A stretch of DNA of 31,150 bases. Source: a virus (lineage: Duplodnaviria > Heunggongvirae > Uroviricota > Caudoviricetes > Crassvirales). Each line of letters starts with the position of its first letter. The stretch's first letter is position 1. The stretch is from the IMG/VR virus record IMGVR_UViG_2974731182_000001, one strand, 5' to 3'. Of this stretch, positions 9,906-17,421 are shown in pieces. The translations under genes were made by a program, and so were the position numbers. The notes beneath the pieces are model-generated. The model was given only the letters and a program-made list of their open reading frames with translations. It was not told the origin of the DNA and made no database searches.

Positions 9906-10749
9906 CATTTTTTTTTATGTTGCTAATACATCGTTTCCATGTATTATCTCTAACTTTCATTAGAGTTCGGACTATATCTTCATCACTTAATATTAAGTGA
10001 GCAAGGCGTTTCAGTAGTACTTACTACTTACTCCCATCTGGGATAGTCTCTGAACCTTCATATATACTAGTATATATGCTTGGCTGCTGATCATCCAATC
10101 TTTCACATTGTTTCTTTTTATGAATTATATTTTTGAGAGACTGATATTCTATATTAAAAAGTTTAGCTATTTGATTGACTGTATATAATTCTCTTAATTT
10201 CCCTATCTGATTAACTTGGAAATCTGTTAGAATAGTCTTCTTGGGAACTTGTTTACAAATTTTTCTTGAACCAAATTTAAATGAATGAATGACATTTTCT
10301 TTTGGAGTTACCCATTCAAGATTTTCTATTCTGTTATTAGTTCTATTCCCATCTATATGATTAACTATATCTCTATTCTTAGTTCTAGGGATAAATGCTT
10401 TGGCAACTAATCTATGGACTGGTTGAGAAGTCCATGTTCCATCAAGTCTTTGCACAGAGCATCTGTAGTAACCATCTCTATCTTTAGGAAATTCAGTCAA
10501 GATTCTCTCTTTTCTACTCTTATTAGCAGCTTTTCTTATTCTACCAATTGAGCTTACCTCTATGCCTTTATATTCTAGCAGAGGCTTCCATAATTCTTTA
10601 ACTTCCATATTTAAATGTTTGAAGTTTAAAAAGCAGTGAAAGCTCTAAGGAACTTCCAGCAATTAACCTTGTTTTTCTTTACTAGCTCTACTTCTGTTTC
10701 TAGGGGAGAACTTTGGGAGCTGAGAAATGTGTAAAGGCTTACGCCGTTA
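9906..10749 (-). mobile_element. Group I intron 3 of MCP (844 nt) carrying an HNH homing endonuclease
   Basis: P1 UGGGGGU/GCUCCCA with U-G at the splice site; P10 8 bp; P3 CAAGGT/GCCTTG; P4 TTGCTG/CAGCAG; R element TTCAGAGACTA; S element AAGATATAGTCC; terminal G. Confidence 0.9.
10024..10608 (-). CDS. Intron-encoded NUMOD4-HNH homing endonuclease
   Basis: [20 protein letters not shown] (NUMOD4-like), [11 protein letters not shown]...[23 protein letters not shown] (HNH), and a C-terminal HTH-like segment. Confidence 0.9.
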   Translation of the reverse strand: MEVKELWKPLLEYKGIEVSSIGRIRKAANKSRKERILTEFPKDRDGYYRCSVQRLDGTWTSQPVHRLVAKAFIPRTKNRDIVNHIDGNRTNNRIENLEWVTPKENVIHSFKFGSRKICKQVPKKTILTDFQVNQIGKLRELYTVNQIAKLFNIEYQSLKNIIHKKKQCERLDDQQPSIYTSIYEGSETIPDGSK

Positions 10750-11241
10750 ACCCCCATTGATACCCTCTATATTCTGTATCACCTTTAATCTTACACTTAA
10801 AGATATTCGGCTGATCCATTGTTCCAATATACATAATATCATATCTGTAGGAATAAGCCACTCCTCCAAGAGGATGAAGTATCTTATTTCTAACTGGATC
10901 ATCGTACATAGGATCTACATCAATTTTAACTCTGACTCCATTGGGAGCTTTGTACTCAACAAATTGGAATCCTGCAGACAATGCATTTGTATGTAATCTA
11001 GACTGGGTTTTCTCTATTACTCTAGTAGAACTATTATCCAATACAAATTGGGTCCAACCTGAAACTACATTCAATACAGCTTTATGGAATTGGATAGCTC
11101 CTCTTTCACCTGTTTTGATTAAGAAATATCTATCACCAAAATCCAACTTGGATGCAGATAATTCATACAAGGCATCTTCAAGAAGTTTCAAGCTGAAAGT
11201 ATTATAATACATAGTATTAGCTACTTCCATTTGCTCAAATA
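10750..11241 (-). CDS. Major capsid protein exon 3 (LFEQMEVANTMYYN...RGYQWG)
   Basis: 492 nt, phase 1 at both ends; continuous with crAss MCP motifs (KTGERGAIQFH, NGVRVKIDVDPMYDDPVRNK). Confidence 0.9.
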
Positions 11242-12156
11242 CATTATGTTATCATAGTGGCTCTTTATCCACTATTTCTTCATATTACTATGAAGTTCGG
11301 ACTATATATTCATTTAGATTACCACATCTAAATGCAAAACTCTCGTGGAGCATTACTATTGTAATGTTGGGAGATCTCTTCCCAAGTTTTTAGTCTCTTT
11401 AAAGGCTCTAAGTTTAATATTATTTCTCAAGAGTATTCTTCTTATCGTACTCTTATTTTTACCAAACTTTTTCCCTATGTCTACTGTACTATAACCATCT
11501 AAATATAAATCTATTATCATAGACTCCTCAAGTTTATTAGTCTTCTGCAAATCTAAGCCATAAATTATATTAGATCTCTTTAATAGACTAGTAATATTAG
11601 GTACTCCAGTATGTAAAATTTTAGCTATTTTATATGCTGGAATCCCAGAATTGAACATGCTTATTATTAAGTCTTTGTCTAATTCTTTAGTGGTTCTAAT
11701 AACATTACCCCCAATAGACATATTATAACCAAATTTATTATCAGTAGAATTAAAATAAGAAATCCAGTACTTTTCTCTATCATTAAGTTCTTCTATAGTA
11801 CACTCTTCAAGTAATTCTATATAAAAGTTTTCTTCACCATATTTTCTTATCGCTTTACCTATAACATAGTCTTTGTTATTTCTTGCAGCAGATAAATGAT
11901 TTTGAAATCTCAATTTTAAGCTTACTTTAGTCTGTCCTATATAAACCTTATTATTTATAGTATTTCTTATTATATAGATTCTACCATATTTAGTCATAAT
12001 ATAAAGAGTTTCAACCTCTAGTCTCTACACTACTATAAGCTTTTTAGTTCCTATAGTTAGCTCGGTATTATCCATCTCAGGACTTCCACCGACTTAGTTT
12101 TGTTAATTTTAATTTCTTGACTGCTTATGCAGCTAGCTGGCCTATTTGAGCCTTTA
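11242..12156 (-). mobile_element. Group I intron 2 of MCP (915 nt) carrying a GIY-YIG homing endonuclease
   Basis: P1 GCUGGUU/GGCCAGC; P10 CTCAAATA/TATTTGAG; P3 CAAAACT/AGTTTTG; P7 GAGACTA...ATATAGTCC; terminal G at 11242. Confidence 0.9.
11356..11997 (-). CDS. Intron-encoded GIY-YIG homing endonuclease with two C-terminal HTH repeats
   Basis: GRIYIIRNTINNKVYIGQT...R...H, EKYWISYFNS...GYN; tandem HTH-like units (DLIISMFNSGIPAYKIAKIL / SMIIDLYLDGYSTVDIGKKF). Confidence 0.9.
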   Translation of the reverse strand: MTKYGRIYIIRNTINNKVYIGQTKVSLKLRFQNHLSAARNNKDYVIGKAIRKYGEENFYIELLEECTIEELNDREKYWISYFNSTDNKFGYNMSIGGNVIRTTKELDKDLIISMFNSGIPAYKIAKILHTGVPNITSLLKRSNIIYGLDLQKTNKLEESMIIDLYLDGYSTVDIGKKFGKNKSTIRRILLRNNIKLRAFKETKNLGRDLPTLQ

Positions 12157-12976
12157 AACCAGCACCTGTCTTAATCGCATTGCCTGATTTACCGATATTC
12201 ATATACTCCCCATTGGAATTTCTGTTAGAAGTACCAAACGCAAGAGCATTGTTTTTGTATTCAGAGAATTGTTGTTCAACTTCCCAATCTACATTATGCA
12301 TCCACGTGGTAGCTATAGACTTGGTAAGTCCTCCGTTCTCAGTTGCTTTAGTCATAGGTATGCCCACAGCAAGTTTCTTTGTAAGAGCAGAACCTGGAAC
12401 CTTATGTTGAATTCTTATTGTAGACCACTCATTTCTCATGGAAACAGGACTAGTGAATCTAACATCACCTACTTTCCTTGATAATTCCTTCTCTACTGGA
12501 GCGAAATCTACAGAGAATCTTTCCCCTGCAAGGAGTCTCTCTGCAGGGCATCCTGCAGTATTACCTCCCATCAACTCAACTTTGTACACCGCATTAGTTC
12601 CCTCCATTCTGGGGTCACCTAGTATTCTGAATGGATATACTTGGTTCAAATGACCAACAATTACTTCTCCATCAGCAAACCAGTCTTCAGGGAAGACTAA
12701 ATAAAAAGGAGTAGTACCAACACCAACATTAGGGCTTCCTGCAGTAACAGGAGTGCCATTCTCATCTCTTGCCTCTACAAGAGGAATATTTCTCCTTGAA
12801 GAACCTATTACATCCCAGTAATACTCAGTATCATCTTCAAATTCTCTAACTGGGAACTGATTTAGGAATGTGTCAAGGGTTTTACCTCTGTAATAGGCAA
12901 GCAATTGAACCATAAGGTTGGTAGCTTTTTGTGGAGCTAATTGGAAGATAGAACCCAAGTGGTTCTCTTTTGTTAA
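12157..12976 (-). CDS. Major capsid protein exon 2 (LTKENHLGSIFQLAPQKAT...KSGNAIKTGAG)
   Basis: 820 nt; strong match to the recalled crAss-like MCP sequence (YYWDVIGSSRRNIPLVEA, FTSPVSMRNEW). Confidence 0.92.
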
Positions 12977-13256
12977 CAATCTGTTATCCTAAGAGCTTTT
13001 TATCTCTTAGTTCTTACACTTTACCATTGTGTAAGTTCAGCATACATTTTCATACTATTCAGTATGTTGGATACTCGTGGAAGAATTATATTCTATGTGA
13101 TTATAAATACATGCTTTTCTAATCATAGTTTCATCTTCTATGCGTTACACTACCTTTATATATTATTATAAAGGTTAGCTCGGTATTACCCTTTAATTTT
13201 ATTTGGAGGGCTTCACCGATTTTACCCAATTTTACAAGGGCTTAACTTGTGAGTCA
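12977..13256 (-). ncRNA. Group I intron 1 of MCP (280 nt), no endonuclease gene
   Basis: P1 AAGGGU/GCCCUU; P10 GTTAA/TTAAC; P3 TTGGGTA/TATCCAA; P7 GCATA/TATGC; shares TAATACCGAGCTAAC and CCACGAG with intron 2; terminal G. Confidence 0.88.
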
Positions 13257-13310
13257 ACCCTTCCAATGTTGGAAACCTACCATCTGGAATTTTCCTAATT
13301 TTCCTGCCAT
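13257..13310 (-). CDS. Major capsid protein exon 1 (MAGKLGKFQMVGFQHWKG)
   Basis: 18 codons, below the ORF-track cutoff; matches the recalled crAss MCP N-terminus; followed at once by the TGA of the intron. Confidence 0.88.
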
Positions 13311-13364
13311 TTCTGTTGTTTTTTAATAGTTAGATATGTTTCATAAAATTATGAAAGACTTAGA

Positions 13365-14537
13365 CTACACATCTATTTCCCATCCTTTTCCAATAAAGGA
13401 CTCTGGATCATCTTCAACCCCACTTACAAATTTTAAATTTCCGTCTGATGTTCTTGATGTGTTGTTGAGAGTGTGTTCTAGCTCTCTAAGACCTTTCTTT
13501 ACTTCTTTTCTCACTTTATTCTTTACTAAATTATCCAAATTTTTAAAGCCATCAGTTAGTGTAAAAAGCAACCCAATATTCTTAAGAAATTCAGTTCTAT
13601 TCTCCATTTCATATCTCTGAATAGCTGTGAATAATTCTCCAGTCTCCGGGTCTTTATAAACAGGCTTACTTATATTATCATAAATCTTTCTTCTAGTTAC
13701 CTTGTCTACTTGTAAGTCTCCAAATATTTTAGTATCTTCAAGAATTAATCTTTTTAAATCTTCTGCCTGTTTTTTTCTCTTTTCCACTTCCTTTTGTTCT
13801 TCTTCCTTTGCTTCCTTTATAATATTATCATATTCTGTTTGGAAGAATTCTTTATTACTTGTCAGAGCCTCTTTAGCATCCTCTATATCAGTGCCAGAGC
13901 TAAATGATTTTTGCACTTCTCTTTGAGCTCTTTCAGCACTATACCCTCTATTTATAAAATCAGTATAAATAAGCCGTTTTCTTAATCTTTCCCCTTTATC
14001 ACTCTCATCAGTAATTTCACTCTCTTGAAGAGAGTTAAAGAACTCTAGAGCTTTCTCATATTTCTGAATTTCTGAAATATCCACTCCAGCATTTAGAGCC
14101 TCATCTATTCTCTTCTGTCTGTCATCTAACATAGAGTGAATTTGCTTATCTATAATCTCAGCAAAGTCTTCAGCTGAAGATATTCCTTCAACTTCATTAT
14201 CTTCAAGGGTTTGGAAGATACCTTCTTCTTTCAAGGCTTTGGCAACGGAAGAGTAGAAGTGTTTATTGGGAGAAGCATCCTTATCCTCTTTAGGAGAAGT
14301 ATCTTCCCTATCCCCTGTGTTATCCTCTTTTCCACTACCTACGCTCTCTGGTGAATCAGTAAATAAATTATCTACATCAATAACCTCAGTAGTTTCATTA
14401 TCTTTATCATTTTTATTTTCTTCAGGATTGTCCCCATCGTTATCTTGGGGAACCTCCTGTGTTTCTTCTTCCTCTGAGAATAGATTTTCTATTTCATCTG
14501 ATCCCAGAATATTGTCTAAACTAAGCTCTTCAGTCAT
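13365..14537 (-). CDS. Putative capsid scaffolding protein
   Basis: Very acidic N-terminus and coiled-coil C-terminal half; directly upstream of MCP. Confidence 0.65.
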   Translation of the reverse strand: MTEELSLDNILGSDEIENLFSEEEETQEVPQDNDGDNPEENKNDKDNETTEVIDVDNLFTDSPESVGSGKEDNTGDREDTSPKEDKDASPNKHFYSSVAKALKEEGIFQTLEDNEVEGISSAEDFAEIIDKQIHSMLDDRQKRIDEALNAGVDISEIQKYEKALEFFNSLQESEITDESDKGERLRKRLIYTDFINRGYSAERAQREVQKSFSSGTDIEDAKEALTSNKEFFQTEYDNIIKEAKEEEQKEVEKRKKQAEDLKRLILEDTKIFGDLQVDKVTRRKIYDNISKPVYKDPETGELFTAIQRYEMENRTEFLKNIGLLFTLTDGFKNLDNLVKNKVRKEVKKGLRELEHTLNNTSRTSDGNLKFVSGVEDDPESFIGKGWEIDV

Positions 14538-14568
14538 ATTTGTTTCTCCTATTTATTAATAAACAATG

Positions 14569-14600
14569 CAAAGATATATATAAACCAAATTCGCAACAAG
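14569..14600 (-). promoter_or_regulatory. Bacteroidota-type promoter for the scaffold-MCP operon (CTTG-N20-TATCTTTG)
   Basis: Minus strand reads CTTG ttgcgaatttggtttatata TATCTTTG. Confidence 0.65.
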
Positions 14601-14656
14601 TATTAAAGAGAGGTTATATTAATAATATAAGTAAATTATTTACACTTAGGATAAGT

Positions 14657-14691
14657 AAAAAAAAAATAAAGGGCAAGATAACCTGCCCTTT
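14657..14691 (-). terminator. Rho-independent terminator
   Basis: AAAGGGCA...TGCCCTTT stem followed by a 10-T run, 4 nt after the stop at 14696. Confidence 0.75.
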
Positions 14692-14695
14692 ATAA

Positions 14696-15328
14696 TTAGT
14701 TTTCCTTGAAATGATTCCACAATTTCGAATTACTCTTACAATCATCATCCTTGAACCAGAATAATATAGCTGCTTCAATGACTTTCTGGTCTATGTCTTC
14801 TCCAAACCATGACTTGAATAATTCACTACAGTTATGATAATGCTCGTTAATAGCTACATACACATCTGCATGAGTAAAAGATTGTGGGATAACTCCTCTA
14901 TATCTTTCACACACTTCTTTAGCCTTAGCCATACTGAATTTTTCACCAACATATTTTCTACCACCTTCATAATGGTACATGTTAGATACCAGATATTTTG
15001 CGTATGATTCATTAAAATGTTCATTTCCAGAGTTTTTCTTCTCTCTAGCCATTTTCATTATTTCATACATATCTTCTTCAGTCAAGCTATCGGACATTCT
15101 GTTAAATCTTTCAAAGAGACCTCCTCTACTTCTCTCCGGGTTAAATGAACTTGATATATCATGATGTCTGTTGGAGTCATAAGCACTTCCATACATTAAA
15201 TGGTAATCATCATTACTAGAGTGATTGTTTCTAGTATGTCCAGACATAAATTCCTTGAATTTATGCATGAATTCTTGTTCACTTATACCTTTACTTCTGA
15301 GATATTCCATCAACATAAGTTCATCCAT
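14696..15328 (-). CDS. Conserved Bacteroidota-phage hypothetical protein
   Basis: 210 aa; low-complexity N-terminal half and a conserved-looking C-terminal domain (HFNESYAKYLVSNM...DVYVAINEHYHN...FWFKDDD). Confidence 0.55.
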   Translation of the reverse strand: MDELMLMEYLRSKGISEQEFMHKFKEFMSGHTRNNHSSNDDYHLMYGSAYDSNRHHDISSSFNPERSRGGLFERFNRMSDSLTEEDMYEIMKMAREKKNSGNEHFNESYAKYLVSNMYHYEGGRKYVGEKFSMAKAKEVCERYRGVIPQSFTHADVYVAINEHYHNCSELFKSWFGEDIDQKVIEAAILFWFKDDDCKSNSKLWNHFKEN

Positions 15329-15332
15329 AATA

Positions 15333-15710
15333 TTATTCTTTAGTAATTAACATCTCTTTGAAACTCTCTAAATCTGTTGTATCAAATACTAACTTCTTAT
15401 CGGTAAGAGGAATACTGAATCCTATAGTTCCTCCTCCTATTTCTACATCTGAGTTATATAATCCTATATAATAAGCTTCCAAGATATTTAGAGACTCTGT
15501 AGCTTCTTCAACACTACTATACTCATGTCTCTCTATAACATCATACTTAAAATTTTTAGGACCATATTTAGCTCTAGCATTATCTATTTTAATTCCTGCG
15601 TACCTTTCTTTTGTCAAGAACGCATGTTTCCTTTCAGATTCATTAATAGTTTTCCCCACATAAATTTTATTGCTAGGGCTAGTGTACTTATAAATTATTC
15701 CTGTAATCAT
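15333..15710 (-). pseudogene. Chimeric ORF: GIY-YIG catalytic domain fused to an unrelated C-terminus
   Basis: MITGIIYKYTSPSNKIYVGKT...EAYYIGLYNS then an abrupt change to DVEIGGGTIGFSIPLTDKKLVFDTTDLESFKEMLITKE. The usual GYN motif and DNA-binding tail are missing. Confidence 0.65.
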
Positions 15711-15856
15711 ATCATTATATTTTATAAGTACAAAGTTAATGAGTGTTATTGGAACAAGCAATAGTATAATTGGAACATTAAAGCTTAGCTGCTGATTGTC
15801 CTTTTAAAGGAGTTTCCAGCAATTAAGGGAATTTATACTGAGCATAATTATAGTTT
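15450..15856 (-). mobile_element. 5' half of a group I intron (truncated)
   Basis: P1 ACUGGGU/GCUCAGU; P4-P5 TTAATTGCTGGAAACTCCTTTAAAAGGACAATCAGCAGC, near-identical to intron 3. I found no P7 (GACTA/TAGTC) or 3' splice site downstream. Confidence 0.75.
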
Positions 15857-15970
15857 ACCCAGTGTCAACCCAGCATTAGCTTTGCCATTGATGTCTTTTC
15901 TGCCATAGCCATACCCATAGTTGCCATCAACAGGAACCTCTTTGATTGTTTGCTTTTCAATAATTTCCAT
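15857..15970 (-). pseudogene. Orphan 5' exon (MEIIEKQTIKEVPVDGNYGYGYGRKDINGKANAGLTLG)
   Basis: 38 codons ending in GGT at the P1 splice site; no matching 3' exon in the window. Confidence 0.65.
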
Positions 15971-16027
15971 AATAGCAATTTTTGAAATTAGTTAATATTC
16001 TATTTATTCTTGTAAGCTTACATGATA

Positions 16028-16035
16028 CAAAGATA
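16028..16035 (-). promoter_or_regulatory. Bacteroidota -7 element TATCTTTG upstream of the 15970 gene
   Basis: The -7 motif is present, but there is no TTG at the N20 spacing. Confidence 0.4.
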
Positions 16036-16075
16036 TAAATAGAATATTGTGAATCCTATTGATGCTAAGGTAAAC

Positions 16076-16110
16076 AAAAAACCCCTCTAAGTTATTATAC
16101 TTAAAGGGGT
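16076..16110 (-). terminator. Rho-independent terminator
   Basis: ACCCCTTTAAG...CTTAGAGGGGT stem followed by TTTTT on the minus strand. Confidence 0.7.
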
Positions 16111-16142
16111 TATATAAAAATAAATTATCTTCATATTACTAA

Positions 16143-16481
16143 CTACTTGTTTACTACTTTATCATGCTTCTTAAATACCTCTAAAATCTTAATGTAGATA
16201 TAAGTTAAAAGGTAAGAATCTACTTCATCATTATCTACTTGCGGGCTATATCCTATAAATTCCCATATAGCATTCTTAACATGCTCTGCCTCATGAACAA
16301 TGCTGGCTTCCTCTTTAGAATTTACTGCTACTATAGAACATCCTTCTGGAAAGATTCTTGTAAAAGCTTTAGGCTCCACATTGCCTCTATGCATGTCCTT
16401 AACCTCTTCCCATTTATCATATATAATTATAAGTAGCCTATAATTAAATATGGGTATATTTATTCTTCTTTTTGTTATCAT
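16143..16481 (-). CDS. Small hypothetical protein with HExxH motif (possible zinc metallopeptidase-like fold)
   Basis: SIVHEAEHV followed by a downstream E (NDEVDSYL); preceded by AGGAGG. Confidence 0.5.
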   Translation of the reverse strand: MITKRRINIPIFNYRLLIIIYDKWEEVKDMHRGNVEPKAFTRIFPEGCSIVAVNSKEEASIVHEAEHVKNAIWEFIGYSPQVDNDEVDSYLLTYIYIKILEVFKKHDKVVNK

Positions 16482-16903
16482 ACTTCCCTCCTAGTTTCAA
16501 TCATATTAATAAATTCTATTATGGACATTAAGCAAGCTGTGATTCTAGCTTGCTGCGCAAGCTGTGATTCTAGCTTACTGCGCAAGCTGTGATTACTTTT
16601 ACTCTTCTGGATGAATTCATCAAGGTCTTTTCTGGACCAACTTAATTCTTTAAATCCTGCTATATGTTCACCTCTAGGTAATTTTCCAGCTCTTACATAG
16701 TTATCAAATGTTGCTCTACTAACATTTAAATATCTACAAGACTCATATTTACTTAATCTTCTTTCCCTATCAGTTAATTCTTTCAGTACAGAAATTAATT
16801 TAATTGTTTCATCTTCCGTCAAATTAGAATTTCCAGCATCAATATTATCTACCAACTTCAGTAAATATTCTTTAATTAGATTAATCATTGCTTCTCCCTC
16901 CAT
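16478..16903 (-). CDS. Excisionase/MerR-like HTH DNA-binding protein with repeat-derived C-terminal extension (probable start 16888)
   Basis: LSKYESCRYLNVSRATFDNYVRAGKLPRG...WSRKDLDEF, a classic HTH_17-type pattern. Confidence 0.7.
   Translation of the reverse strand: MEGEAMINLIKEYLLKLVDNIDAGNSNLTEDETIKLISVLKELTDRERRLSKYESCRYLNVSRATFDNYVRAGKLPRGEHIAGFKELSWSRKDLDEFIQKSKSNHSLRSKLESQLAQQARITACLMSIIEFINMIETRREV
16532..16594. repeat. 25-nt tandem repeat, 2.5 copies
   Basis: gcaagctgtgattctagcttgctgc / gcaagctgtgattctagcttactgc / gcaagctgtgatt; one mismatch between the full copies. Confidence 0.95.
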
Positions 16904-17258
16904 ATTTTAAGTGAAAGTACAATACAAAAAATAAAAATATACCTGCTATTATCATATTAGATAATAACAGGTAGAAATCACTTAAAGGTATTATGATGTA
17001 GTTATCTACCATTGCTATTACTTTGTTTACTACTATATAATGTATAAACATCCTATGATATTTACAAAATTTGTAAATATAACTACTAATATACATTGGA
17101 ATAGTAGTTAATATAGATGTACCAGCAATATATGAAAGTATATCTAAGCTAATATCATAGTACATTAATATATTATCTAGTAAACTAAGGAGAGCGATAA
17201 TTATTGGAACATATTTCACACAGATCAATTCCAACTTATAGATAACTAGCCTTCTCAT
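16881..17258 (-). CDS. Small multi-pass membrane protein
   Basis: 125 aa with 3-4 hydrophobic stretches. Confidence 0.6.
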   Translation of the reverse strand: MRRLVIYKLELICVKYVPIIIALLSLLDNILMYYDISLDILSYIAGTSILTTIPMYISSYIYKFCKYHRMFIHYIVVNKVIAMVDNYIIIPLSDFYLLLSNMIIAGIFLFFVLYFHLKYGGRSND

Positions 17259-17267
17259 AGTTAAACC

Positions 17268-17354
17268 TTATCTTTTTCTCTTCTTCTTCAGCTCTCTTCT
17301 CCTTCTAAGAGAGGAAGCTCCAGTTGTACCATTTAATGCCCTAGGTCTTCCCAT
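17268..17354 (-). CDS. Basic micropeptide MGRPRALNGTTGASSLRRRRELKKKRKR (28 aa)
   Basis: ATG 2 nt after the previous stop; stop 9 nt before the next ATG; fills the operon gap. Confidence 0.55.
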   Translation of the reverse strand: MGRPRALNGTTGASSLRRRRELKKKRKR

Positions 17355-17356
17355 AA

Positions 17357-17419
17357 TTATTTACTTTTACTTTTACCTTTTCCTTTGCCTTTCCCTTTAC
17401 ATCCACTTCTTTTCATCAT
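17357..17419 (-). CDS. Basic micropeptide MMKRSGCKGKGKGKGKSKSK (20 aa)
   Basis: ATG 2 nt after the lysin stop; tightly packed with its neighbours. Confidence 0.55.
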   Translation of the reverse strand: MMKRSGCKGKGKGKGKSKSK

Positions 17420-17421
17420 AA

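Noticed and set aside
9757-12979. ORFs 9757..9960, 10739..11230 and 12125..12979 as three independent genes
   Set aside because: They are MCP exons. Their listed starts or ends (MKVRDNTW..., TTG at 12979, ...LKAQIGQLAA, ...LTA) are intron sequence.
15711-15761. Upstream start of the 15333..15761 ORF (MLVPITLINF...)
   Set aside because: This is intron P6-region sequence. The GIY-YIG motif begins just after the ATG at 15710.
16532-16594. 25-nt repeats as a mini-CRISPR array
   Set aside because: The units are directly adjacent with no unique spacers, and there are no cas genes in the window.
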